Shown: positions 19,464-28,312 of the stretch, piece by piece
Position numbering within the stretch: position 1 is the stretch's first letter
Layout: each line of letters opens with the position of its first letter
Virus record (IMG/VR): IMGVR_UViG_2974541498_000001
Coordinates: 72,609-136,608 of that record
Source of the DNA: a virus
Lineage: Duplodnaviria > Caudoviricetes
Length of the DNA stretch: 64,000 nucleotides
Strand: one strand, 5' to 3'
Made by a program: the position numbers and the translations under genes
The notes under the pieces: model-generated
Databases searched by the model: none
Told to the model about the DNA's origin: nothing
The model's input: the letters and a program-made list of their open reading frames with translations, nothing else

Positions 19464-22112
19464 ATGAACTTTAAAAGACTCTTACATCCAAACTTAAAAA
19501 AAGGATATGTTGAAGACTTCAATACCAGCTCGGCAAATTATGCTTTTTTCTCAGCAATTGAAGATATCCTAAGCTCTACTGAAAAAGATACGATTGATAG
19601 TAAAGTAGAGAGTTATTTAAACAGTGCTGATGGAGAATTCCTCGATGAGTGGGGAAGCTGGTTTGGTGTAGCTAGAAAAGATAATCAAAGTGATGACGAT
19701 TATCGGAAATGGATAATTACGTATGCAACATTGAAGCGTGGCACAAAAAAAGCCATAATTGATGCCATTAAAATGTATCTGGATATGTCGGATGCTACAA
19801 TATCTGTATATGAACCCTATAAGAATGTATTTCAACTAGATAAATCAAAACTAGATGGACTAGATCATCTATCAGGAGACTATTATAGATGGGGAATTAT
19901 TAACATATATGTAGATAGACCAGTACCAGAATCAATATACCAGATAATTAGAGACTTTAAACCAGCAGGAGTTAACTTTTTTATCACTGTAGATACTTCA
20001 ACTAATAAAAATAATAAAGCATTAGCTATAACTACTGGAATTAAGGAATTCAATTCCGTAGAAGAAGCTTATATTGGTTTCTCTAAAAGTCAAAGCTACT
20101 ATTTGGATTTAGGTGGTAGAAATAATAAGCAGGAACTTAAAAATCCCTTTATTCTAGATAAATCAAAACTAGATAGTACGGATGTTTTAGCTGGGGGATA
20201 TAATGATGATATTAATTATGATGATATTCCTTCAAATTATAATAAGGCATTCATTTATGGGGTTTCTTATATCGGATCTGATGATGTATTTTCAGGTAAT
20301 GATTGGAATTATCAAACTAATTCCTATGGATACAATGATGATCTTTGGAATTCAGCTACAGTCTTTGATAAAAGTTATTTCACTTCGGATAAATACTCAG
20401 ATTTAGACGGGTACACTAGAGCAAATTATTCTAGTCAAATAATAAAATTAGACTACTCTGGAATGCTATCACAAAATATTAATGGGAATAATAGAGTATA
20501 CGGTAGTGTACTATATGGGGATAATAACATAAGCACTATTAGTTATGATCCTAATAACTTAGTATCCCCAGATAAAGCCGTACCAGTAATTACAAAGACG
20601 GATAAATATTACACCTATTCATTAGAGTATAATTCTATAGATAGCTCATATAATTCTATCCCGGATAAACTAAATATATTAATATCAGCAAGTAGTTTAA
20701 ATTCTAACTCCAGCTACCAAGTAGATCTACTAGATAAATATGGTGTTCCTTTAAAAACTCAAATAATTAATATATCTGGTAATTCTAGCATAAATAAAAT
20801 AGTTTTTGATAATGAAATAAAAACAGAACCAGCCAATCCTTTCACCATCAGTAAATCTAAAGTAAGTGAAGGAGTTATTGGAGTAACACCAAATTTAATG
20901 AAAGCTGTTAAGCTGGTAAGAATTTATTGTGGTATACGAGGAGATAGCCTGAATAATAACATATCTTTTGGTGTACCATCTGCTACTATTTTTGATACGG
21001 ATACTTGGCTACCTTTTAGTGGGGATAAGAATCAATTCCCAGTAATATTGGATGAGAACCTACAGAATCTGTCTAAGAAAGATGATAACCAATTAACAAT
21101 AAATCCTGTTGCTAATTATAATGTTTCCACCAATTCTTATACGAACGTTTCTCCAGCAAGTTTAAAAATAACTTTTAACCTAATAAACGATCTATATTCT
21201 AAGTATCTAAACTTCTGGGATTCTCAAGGAGTAATAGATAAAAAGGATATAATTAGTAAACTATTGCCAGCAATTAAAGGGATCAGTTTGGCATTTGCTG
21301 GGGACTTAACTCATGCAAATATTAGTTATTCAAAAGGAGGAAACCTAACCCCTATTTCAGATAATTCAATATCTAATGATATAATTACTATAGATCCGAA
21401 TTATATTGATGATGATGGAAATATCGTAATTGTAATATCAGGTAAAACAAATAGTGACAAAATAAATGTAGATTTTATTAGATTTTATTATTCTCTAAAT
21501 GATAAAGCAATTCCAACATTTTCTCCAAACAAAGAAATGGGTAAGCCTTATCTTAAGTTCTTTGGTAAAGGAATAGACTATTCTTTCTATGACGCACTTA
21601 CTATGGGAAGCAATAATATTTATGTAAATTCTGATATTAAAGATAATAGTATTATTATTGCTATAAATGCAAGAAAACAATTAGAATACAGATATGGTAT
21701 AGATGAAAAGGATATAACTTCGTTTTTAAACAATAGTAATTCAAGTATACTATTAGAAATGTTAGCTGAAAACGCTGGAAATGCTAATTTATCAATTGCT
21801 AATCTAAATACCGGAAATCCAGATTCTATTGGGAATGTTTCTTTTTCAAACGACTTTAGCTACGTTAATATTTCTAATAACCTAAATGATTTTGAAAACT
21901 ATGTATCCAATTCTGGATTCATTTTCCTTTCAATAAATCCAGATACTGATTTAGGAGAAATACGAATTAAAAACTTGTATATTTTTGGAAAGTATCCAAC
22001 AGCTCATTTAAGTACCCGTATAAAGACTGGTATCAGTATGGATATTACCGTTTTTGATTCCTATAGTAGTGCCGTTGATAAGGCAGTTGTAGACAAAAGC
22101 AAGGTAAAATAA
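19464..22112 (+). CDS. Baseplate wedge (gpI-like N-terminus) tail morphogenesis protein
   Basis: LN.ADGEFLD.WG.WFGV.R...DDDYR; FKPAGV motif. Confidence 0.75.
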   Translation: MNFKRLLHPNLKKGYVEDFNTSSANYAFFSAIEDILSSTEKDTIDSKVESYLNSADGEFLDEWGSWFGVARKDNQSDDDYRKWIITYATLKRGTKKAIIDAIKMYLDMSDATISVYEPYKNVFQLDKSKLDGLDHLSGDYYRWGIINIYVDRPVPESIYQIIRDFKPAGVNFFITVDTSTNKNNKALAITTGIKEFNSVEEAYIGFSKSQSYYLDLGGRNNKQELKNPFILDKSKLDSTDVLAGGYNDDINYDDIPSNYNKAFIYGVSYIGSDDVFSGNDWNYQTNSYGYNDDLWNSATVFDKSYFTSDKYSDLDGYTRANYSSQIIKLDYSGMLSQNINGNNRVYGSVLYGDNNISTISYDPNNLVSPDKAVPVITKTDKYYTYSLEYNSIDSSYNSIPDKLNILISASSLNSNSSYQVDLLDKYGVPLKTQIINISGNSSINKIVFDNEIKTEPANPFTISKSKVSEGVIGVTPNLMKAVKLVRIYCGIRGDSLNNNISFGVPSATIFDTDTWLPFSGDKNQFPVILDENLQNLSKKDDNQLTINPVANYNVSTNSYTNVSPASLKITFNLINDLYSKYLNFWDSQGVIDKKDIISKLLPAIKGISLAFAGDLTHANISYSKGGNLTPISDNSISNDIITIDPNYIDDDGNIVIVISGKTNSDKINVDFIRFYYSLNDKAIPTFSPNKEMGKPYLKFFGKGIDYSFYDALTMGSNNIYVNSDIKDNSIIIAINARKQLEYRYGIDEKDITSFLNNSNSSILLEMLAENAGNANLSIANLNTGNPDSIGNVSFSNDFSYVNISNNLNDFENYVSNSGFIFLSINPDTDLGEIRIKNLYIFGKYPTAHLSTRIKTGISMDITVFDSYSSAVDKAVVDKSKVK

Positions 22113-22148
22113 GTGGACTAAATTATAGTAAGAAAGAAGGAAGAAATA

Positions 22149-22763
22149 GTGGCCTACGAAACCCCTACACCAGCAATTAATAGTAATGCGTTAGTTTTTC
22201 ATGCTATTAATTACTTTAATAATCTAAATAACTGCTATATAGTAATTGGTAAAACAAGCTCTTGGCCGGTTGATGCTCAGCCTCCTGTTCCTGTTGATGG
22301 AGATAATGTCACGGAAGTTGCAGGATACTTTAAGCCAACTTGTTATCTTTGCTATAAAACAACCGCAGATAAAAAAGATGATTCAACATTATCTTATGGA
22401 AATGACTTTTATCAGCCGGTTTCCTTAGCAGATGCTTATAGTAAAAAGGCTTCTTATGTATATTATACCGTAACAATAAAACCAGATGATATTTCAAATG
22501 TTAATACATTCAGACAAGTAGGTCTTAACTTTGGGGTAACTCTTAAATCTGGGGTATCTGGGGTAATTTTGACTCCAAGCAATGTAGATAATTCTGGATA
22601 TACTCATTTTATTCTTAACAGTCAACCATTCATTGTTACTAATAATAGAAGCATTAAAATTAATATGCTCATTTCAGAAGAAAAGGATATTAGTGGATCT
22701 AATGTAGATACTGACGTTACCTCAGAAATAACAACAGTTTTGCCTACTACTGTAAATCAATAA
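22149..22763 (+). CDS. Baseplate wedge protein ending in a short TTVLPTTV tag
   Basis: YIVIGKTSSWP....PP.P, FRQVG motifs; synteny. Confidence 0.72.
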   Translation: MAYETPTPAINSNALVFHAINYFNNLNNCYIVIGKTSSWPVDAQPPVPVDGDNVTEVAGYFKPTCYLCYKTTADKKDDSTLSYGNDFYQPVSLADAYSKKASYVYYTVTIKPDDISNVNTFRQVGLNFGVTLKSGVSGVILTPSNVDNSGYTHFILNSQPFIVTNNRSIKINMLISEEKDISGSNVDTDVTSEITTVLPTTVNQ

Positions 22764-22789
22764 AAACATAAAAATTAGAAAGAAGTGAT

Positions 22790-24643
22790 ATGATGGCAAA
22801 ATATACGCCCGGAGATTTAGAGATATCTCCTTATTACGATAGATTTGATGACACTTCAAATATAACTTTTGTTGCTTTCGTAGCTAATAATATCCTTCAA
22901 GGATCAGAAATGAATGAGTTACAATCCATCATTAGTTATTATATGCAATCATTAGGTAATTCCATCATGAGCGATGGTGATAAACAAGCAGGAATGGCCT
23001 ATGTTCAAGATGGAACAAATATAACAATACAATCCGGGGAAGTTTATCTTGGAGGTAAAGTAAGACATTTCTTAGAGCAGACAGTTAAAATTACCGGTGT
23101 TGGTATTGAAAATATTGGAATAAAATTAAATACGGAGATTATTACTCCCCAAGAAGACTCTTCTTTGTTAAACCCAGCCATTGGCACTCCTGGGTATCAA
23201 TCACAAGGAGCTAATAGAATAAGAGAAACTGTTGAATTGGTAGCTAATGATTCTAGTGCCGTATCTATTTATACTTTCAAAGATGGTAAAATATATTATG
23301 TTCCAGAATCTACCCAACTAGCTAAAGTAAGCAACATGATGGCTAAACAAACATCTGAAATAGATGGAAACTTTAGAATTGGGTCATCTGGATTCCAAAT
23401 GTCTACGGTAGAAGACCCTAATGATAACAAAAAAGCCATTCTAAATATATCATCAGGGGTAGCCTATATCTTAGGTAAAAGAGTAAATAAAGCAGTTGCT
23501 ACTCAACTGTCTGTTGACCGGGCTATTAATACTAGTACAATCACTAATGAACAAAATACATTTGCGACTGGAACGTTAAAATATCCTCTGGGGAATTTCC
23601 CAGTTCAAAGTATATCATCAGTTACGGCAAATGTTCAGAAAACAATTGTTGTATCAAGAGGAACTTCTGATGTTGATTCTTTAGCAGATAAAAATGTTAT
23701 TTCTATTTCTAAAGTATACACAGAGGGTAGTAGTAGTGTTACCTATACAGAAAATACTGATTACAAGTTAATAAACCATCAAACAATTCAATGGATTTCT
23801 ACAGGAAGCTCACCTGCTAGTGGTACTAGTTATAAAGTCACATATGTATATAATAAGAGTCTTGACTCAACTAATGATTATGCGGTAACTACCGATGATA
23901 ATTCACTAATAACATCTATTGATTTCACTGGAAAAGGAATTGTGGGATCAGGAGATGCTACTGGTGGTGTTCTATTCAACGGTAGTATTATTTCTACAAC
24001 TTATGACTATTATCTTGCTCGAATAGATATTCTAACATTAAATGATAAAGGCGACTTTATTATCCACGTTGGGCAACCAAATGATGCGGATTCTGTAGTT
24101 CCTCCATTAATTAATGACGGTAATGTCCTAGAAATAGGAAGTATTGCATGGCTACCAAATTCATATAAATCTACTTGTAAGACATATGCTACTTCTAACT
24201 TAACTTTTAGAGATCTAACAATGCTACGGGATAGAGTTGATATTATAGAATTTAATGAAGCGCTTAATTCCCTAGATGATGTTGCTACCGCTAATTATGA
24301 TCCTACTCAATTAAGAGGGGTGTTCTCTGATGGGTTCATTTCATTAGATAAAGCAGATTATACAAATGATGACTATTCCGTTATGATGAATTTTGAAGAC
24401 GGAACTATTACCCTTCAATATTCTAGTAAAACAGAATTAGTTCCCGATATATTATCTGGGGAAAGCAATATTATCCTATCTGATAGTGGTAAGTTTGCGA
24501 CTGCGGCATATACAGAAGTCCCAGCTATATCCCAGCCAACAGCTACCAGCGCCATATTAATTAACGAATACTCATACTTCGGTAAAGAAGGGGTATTAAC
24601 ATTAAAGCCTTCATCAGATAATTGGGTAACTAATGCAAGCTAA
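22790..24643 (+). CDS. Adsorption-associated tail protein (DUF4815-type), N-terminal half
   Basis: SPYYDRFD, LQ.SE.NELQS, YYLARID, LRGVFSDGFISLDK motifs. Confidence 0.8.
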   Translation: MMAKYTPGDLEISPYYDRFDDTSNITFVAFVANNILQGSEMNELQSIISYYMQSLGNSIMSDGDKQAGMAYVQDGTNITIQSGEVYLGGKVRHFLEQTVKITGVGIENIGIKLNTEIITPQEDSSLLNPAIGTPGYQSQGANRIRETVELVANDSSAVSIYTFKDGKIYYVPESTQLAKVSNMMAKQTSEIDGNFRIGSSGFQMSTVEDPNDNKKAILNISSGVAYILGKRVNKAVATQLSVDRAINTSTITNEQNTFATGTLKYPLGNFPVQSISSVTANVQKTIVVSRGTSDVDSLADKNVISISKVYTEGSSSVTYTENTDYKLINHQTIQWISTGSSPASGTSYKVTYVYNKSLDSTNDYAVTTDDNSLITSIDFTGKGIVGSGDATGGVLFNGSIISTTYDYYLARIDILTLNDKGDFIIHVGQPNDADSVVPPLINDGNVLEIGSIAWLPNSYKSTCKTYATSNLTFRDLTMLRDRVDIIEFNEALNSLDDVATANYDPTQLRGVFSDGFISLDKADYTNDDYSVMMNFEDGTITLQYSSKTELVPDILSGESNIILSDSGKFATAAYTEVPAISQPTATSAILINEYSYFGKEGVLTLKPSSDNWVTNAS

Positions 24644-24654
24644 GGAGGATATTA

Positions 24655-26322
24655 ATGGCTTTTGATTTTTATAATGATATGATGGCTAAACAGGCCGATA
24701 TCACAATTAATACAGATAGATGGTGGAAACATGGTGGCACTGATAACTATGTTTTAAACAATACTACTTGGGATGCTTCTAGCTCTAAATACATTGGAAA
24801 TATGGGCAGGCAAAAAGGTAAGCATCAATTAAATGGTACGTATACGACATCGACAACAGTATCTGTGGCACACAACTATAGTTATACTACTATGGATCAG
24901 TTTATGCGAGTTAGAGATGTTGAATTTACTGCAACAGGATTAACTCCCTTAGCTACAGGATTTTATTTAACATTTAACGGGGTTAGAGTAACTATTACTC
25001 CATCTTCTGGATATAGCACAGACACTTCTGGTAAAGGAACCGTTACTACTGATTCTAATGGTGCTTTTTCTGGGAAATTCTCTGTTCCATCTAATGTTCC
25101 TGTAGGCACCGTAGAAACTATTTTTACAAATGATAAAGATAGCTGTGTTACAACTTATACAGCATCAGGTATGACACAACATACTGGGGTTTATTATACT
25201 GATGAAACATATTTCAACACACAATATGTTACTGCATACGTATCAGACCCAGTAGCAGAGACATTTCAATTACCACAGGACAGTTACGTAACTAGTTTTG
25301 ATATCCCATTTGGATCAGTAGACTTAACAGAACCAGTAAAGTTTCAACTTAGAGAAGTAAGCAATACTGGATATCCAACAAGTACAGTTTATGCTAATGT
25401 CACAGTTCCTTCGGAAAATATTAAAACATCACAAGATGGATCAGTACTGACGAATATAAAGTTGCCAACACCTTTCTTAGCTAATGCAAATGTTCAATAT
25501 GCCTTTGTTCTAGCTTCTCAGTCTGATAATTATACAGTATTTAGAGCTAAATTGGGTGAACTTTCTTTAGCAGATAAGAAAACTAAATGTAATTCTCAAC
25601 CATATGGTGATGGAGTAATGTTTACCTCTTCTAATTCTACCACATGGACCGCCGACCATACCGCCGATTTGAAGTTTAATATTAACATTGCCAAGTTTAA
25701 CCCAACAGCAGAAATTGTTTTTGATGTGCTGAAAAATATTAAAATGGATACATTCGTAGCCTTTTCAAATTTCTTAACACCAAACAACACTAACTGTACT
25801 TGGTACTATAGAATGATTGGTCAGGATGATTCTGGGGATGCAGATATTACTAAAAAGAATTGGCTACCATTAGCGCCTTTTGAAACAACTGAAGCAGATA
25901 CTATTATTACTCAGTTCCAATTAAAGGCGGATTTCACGGCAACTGATTTCAGTTCTCCTGTAATTAATATGGATAGTCTAAGTTTAGGACAATTCATTAC
26001 TGCACTTAAAGGTAACTATATTGGAAGGACAATAGATGCTACCCAAGCACCCTTTAATACTATTCACACAGTATTTAGTGCACAACTTCCTAATAATGCT
26101 GTAGTTACACCTTATTATAGTCTAGATGGTGGTAACACGTGGAAGCAATATACACAGGCTCCAACAACAACCACTCAGACTAATGGGTATGTTCAGTATG
26201 CTTATACAGAGAAGTTAAGTAATGATGCTACTAGCTTTAAGATTAAATTAACTTTATCTACACAAAGTAGTTTCTTAAAACCTTACGTAACAAACTTAAT
26301 GAATACCTTTAACAAGGAGTAA
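24655..26322 (+). CDS. Adsorption-associated tail protein (DUF4815-type), C-terminal half
   Basis: Own TAAGGAGG RBS; FMRVRDVEF, DPVAETF, GVMFTSSN..TWT....DLKF, YSLDGG.TW motifs. Confidence 0.78.
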   Translation: MAFDFYNDMMAKQADITINTDRWWKHGGTDNYVLNNTTWDASSSKYIGNMGRQKGKHQLNGTYTTSTTVSVAHNYSYTTMDQFMRVRDVEFTATGLTPLATGFYLTFNGVRVTITPSSGYSTDTSGKGTVTTDSNGAFSGKFSVPSNVPVGTVETIFTNDKDSCVTTYTASGMTQHTGVYYTDETYFNTQYVTAYVSDPVAETFQLPQDSYVTSFDIPFGSVDLTEPVKFQLREVSNTGYPTSTVYANVTVPSENIKTSQDGSVLTNIKLPTPFLANANVQYAFVLASQSDNYTVFRAKLGELSLADKKTKCNSQPYGDGVMFTSSNSTTWTADHTADLKFNINIAKFNPTAEIVFDVLKNIKMDTFVAFSNFLTPNNTNCTWYYRMIGQDDSGDADITKKNWLPLAPFETTEADTIITQFQLKADFTATDFSSPVINMDSLSLGQFITALKGNYIGRTIDATQAPFNTIHTVFSAQLPNNAVVTPYYSLDGGNTWKQYTQAPTTTTQTNGYVQYAYTEKLSNDATSFKIKLTLSTQSSFLKPYVTNLMNTFNKE

Positions 26323-26326
26323 TAAG

Positions 26327-26488
26327 ATGACTATACAAAAACCAATTACTAATTCTAAGGGTAGACAAATAGCTAAATTATTTGTTCCAACTAGAGGTGA
26401 ATTAACCTATATAAAGAATCAGGAAAAATTAGCTAAAGAGCTTAAAGAACTTGAAATATTAAAAAGAGATCTTAAAAAAAGTAAGTAG
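26327..26488 (+). CDS. Small conserved tail protein, 53 aa (not in ORF track)
   Basis: AAGGAG RBS; LFVPT..E plus coiled coil, like the small gene after the adsorption protein in Twort-like phages. Confidence 0.65.
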   Translation: MTIQKPITNSKGRQIAKLFVPTRGELTYIKNQEKLAKELKELEILKRDLKKSK

Positions 26489-26493
26489 TGACT

Positions 26494-26518
26494 AGCCGGT
26501 TAGAGATAATCGGCTTTT
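26494..26518 (+). terminator. Terminator between converging genes
   Basis: agccggtta-gaga-taatcggctttt. Confidence 0.7.
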
Positions 26519-27984
26519 CATGTACAATCTATTTGCAATCTGTGGAATAGTTCTGAGAATACAAATTCACTAACAATATCATAGTCGTTCTTTAATACGT
26601 TTTCTTCCACACTTAAAGAGAACCATAGTCCGTGGTCTTTTGCATTCTTTAAGAACATTAATAATTCAGAAGCCTTTGCCCGATTAATATCAATAAAAGA
26701 GTCAGTACCCATAATTTTTTCAGTTCTACGAAGAGTTCTCGTACTAATCTTTAATAGCCAAGCAATATGCTTTTTAGTACTATTAGATAATTCTGAAAAT
26801 AATCCTTTTAGCAAGCTTACTTGCTTTTCTTTCTCAACTTTACGAGTTTCTTTTAGTTGATCCATTGACATATGGCCTTTTTCATACCAACGATTCTTTT
26901 CCATTTCTCGCTTACGTTCTAACTTGATAGCATCTGAAGCAAAAGTTACTAGCTGTAATTGCTCTTCTTCTGTTATATCAAAATCTCGGATAATTGTCTT
27001 TACTTTTTCAGGCTTAACAATACCATCATCTTGATTATATAGAATCACATTTCTGTTTTCTTTATAATACTTTAAAAATAATCCAGCTTCTCTCCAGCAA
27101 CTCTTTAGAGTATTCTTAATTTCTGAAGTAGATAGACCCGGGACATACTTATCCTGAATCGTATTCATTTGATCTTCAAAGTCCCCTTGAGAAATATTCT
27201 TAGAAAGAAGATAATGAAATCCATACCAAAATAACCATTCATTTCGGTAACCAATCATTTTTCTAGTTCCCCGAATACTAGCGAGCTTTTCAAAGTCTTC
27301 TAATCTAGTCTTATTAGTCTTTACTCGATTACCAATAAGCTTAGTTTCTCTATCTTCTTCTGAAAAGTTATCTACAATGTAATCAGATAGTTGACTAAAA
27401 TCATATTCATTATTATTCCAAATCTCAAATTTAATCTTAGAATTATTACGAGAGTTTACACTACCGGGAACACGGAATAGACGAGTTACATCAGTACACT
27501 TAGGATCTGCTCCCAAGTCGCTTAACTTATTAACGAAATTTGCTGTAATATTTTTAGTTGCCCAAGCCATACTAGCAGGTAACCCATTTTTAATCGTCCA
27601 AATCAATTGAACACCATGACCAAACGTTACCATATTTGGCCCAGGAATATCTCCATTACCAATATGCTTAATAACTTCTTCAAACACTTCTGAAATAGCA
27701 TTTTCATTAGTCATAGATGAATATTTATCCATCTTATAGAAATCTAGATCAATACCAATATTTCTAATCTGAGCTAACTCACTAGACCGTCTTACTCCAT
27801 TTTTAAATGAATTCAAACTAATGTAAGTATCTGTATTATTATTTGATTTTTTAATTAGGTTATTGACTGTTTTTAATCGATAGTTATAATCGAATACTAC
27901 TCCATTATAACCAAGCTTAGTTAATACTACGTTCCCATAATCCTTCTTATTATTGAACCATAAGTCTTCCCAAGAGTTTAACAA
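26518..27984 (-). CDS. Plasmid-type replication initiator (AEP/primase-fold Rep with C-terminal HTH)
   Basis: YISLNSF, IGIDLDF (DxD), TFGHGVQLIW, LGADPKCTDVTRLFRVPGSVNSR, GYRNE.LF, HTH-like KKHIAWLLKISTRTLRR; AGGTGAG RBS. Confidence 0.75.
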   Translation of the reverse strand: MLNSWEDLWFNNKKDYGNVVLTKLGYNGVVFDYNYRLKTVNNLIKKSNNNTDTYISLNSFKNGVRRSSELAQIRNIGIDLDFYKMDKYSSMTNENAISEVFEEVIKHIGNGDIPGPNMVTFGHGVQLIWTIKNGLPASMAWATKNITANFVNKLSDLGADPKCTDVTRLFRVPGSVNSRNNSKIKFEIWNNNEYDFSQLSDYIVDNFSEEDRETKLIGNRVKTNKTRLEDFEKLASIRGTRKMIGYRNEWLFWYGFHYLLSKNISQGDFEDQMNTIQDKYVPGLSTSEIKNTLKSCWREAGLFLKYYKENRNVILYNQDDGIVKPEKVKTIIRDFDITEEEQLQLVTFASDAIKLERKREMEKNRWYEKGHMSMDQLKETRKVEKEKQVSLLKGLFSELSNSTKKHIAWLLKISTRTLRRTEKIMGTDSFIDINRAKASELLMFLKNAKDHGLWFSLSVEENVLKNDYDIVSEFVFSELFHRLQIDCT

Positions 27985-28021
27985 CTATCTCACCTGCCTA
28001 TTACTATTTTTATTTATATTT

Positions 28022-28050
28022 AGTATAGCACACTTATTTATATTCTACAA
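28022..28050 (-). promoter_or_regulatory. SigmaA-type promoter for rep
   Basis: TTGTAG-17 bp-TATACT with extended TG on the minus strand. Confidence 0.6.
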
Positions 28051-28265
28051 GCTATCTATATATTCTATAATACCTATTTTAATATTAATTAATAGCCTTA
28101 TATATCTAATATAATTTCTCTAAAAGTCGGAGGGGCTTAGCAATAATAGTGTTTGTCGCAAGACATGTGTCCGCTTTTAAGAGAAACCTTGATAGGCCGG
28201 TGTTTTGACCACTATGAAATATCTTAGAAGATTCTATAATAAATTATGGGATGTTAGTCTATTAA

Positions 28266-28294
28266 TTGACAATTGACTATTAATGTGATAGAAT
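28266..28294 (+). promoter_or_regulatory. SigmaA-type promoter for helicase operon
   Basis: TTGACA-17 bp-TAGAAT with TG extension. Confidence 0.75.
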
Positions 28295-28312
28295 ATAGTA
28301 AAAGTATAGAAG

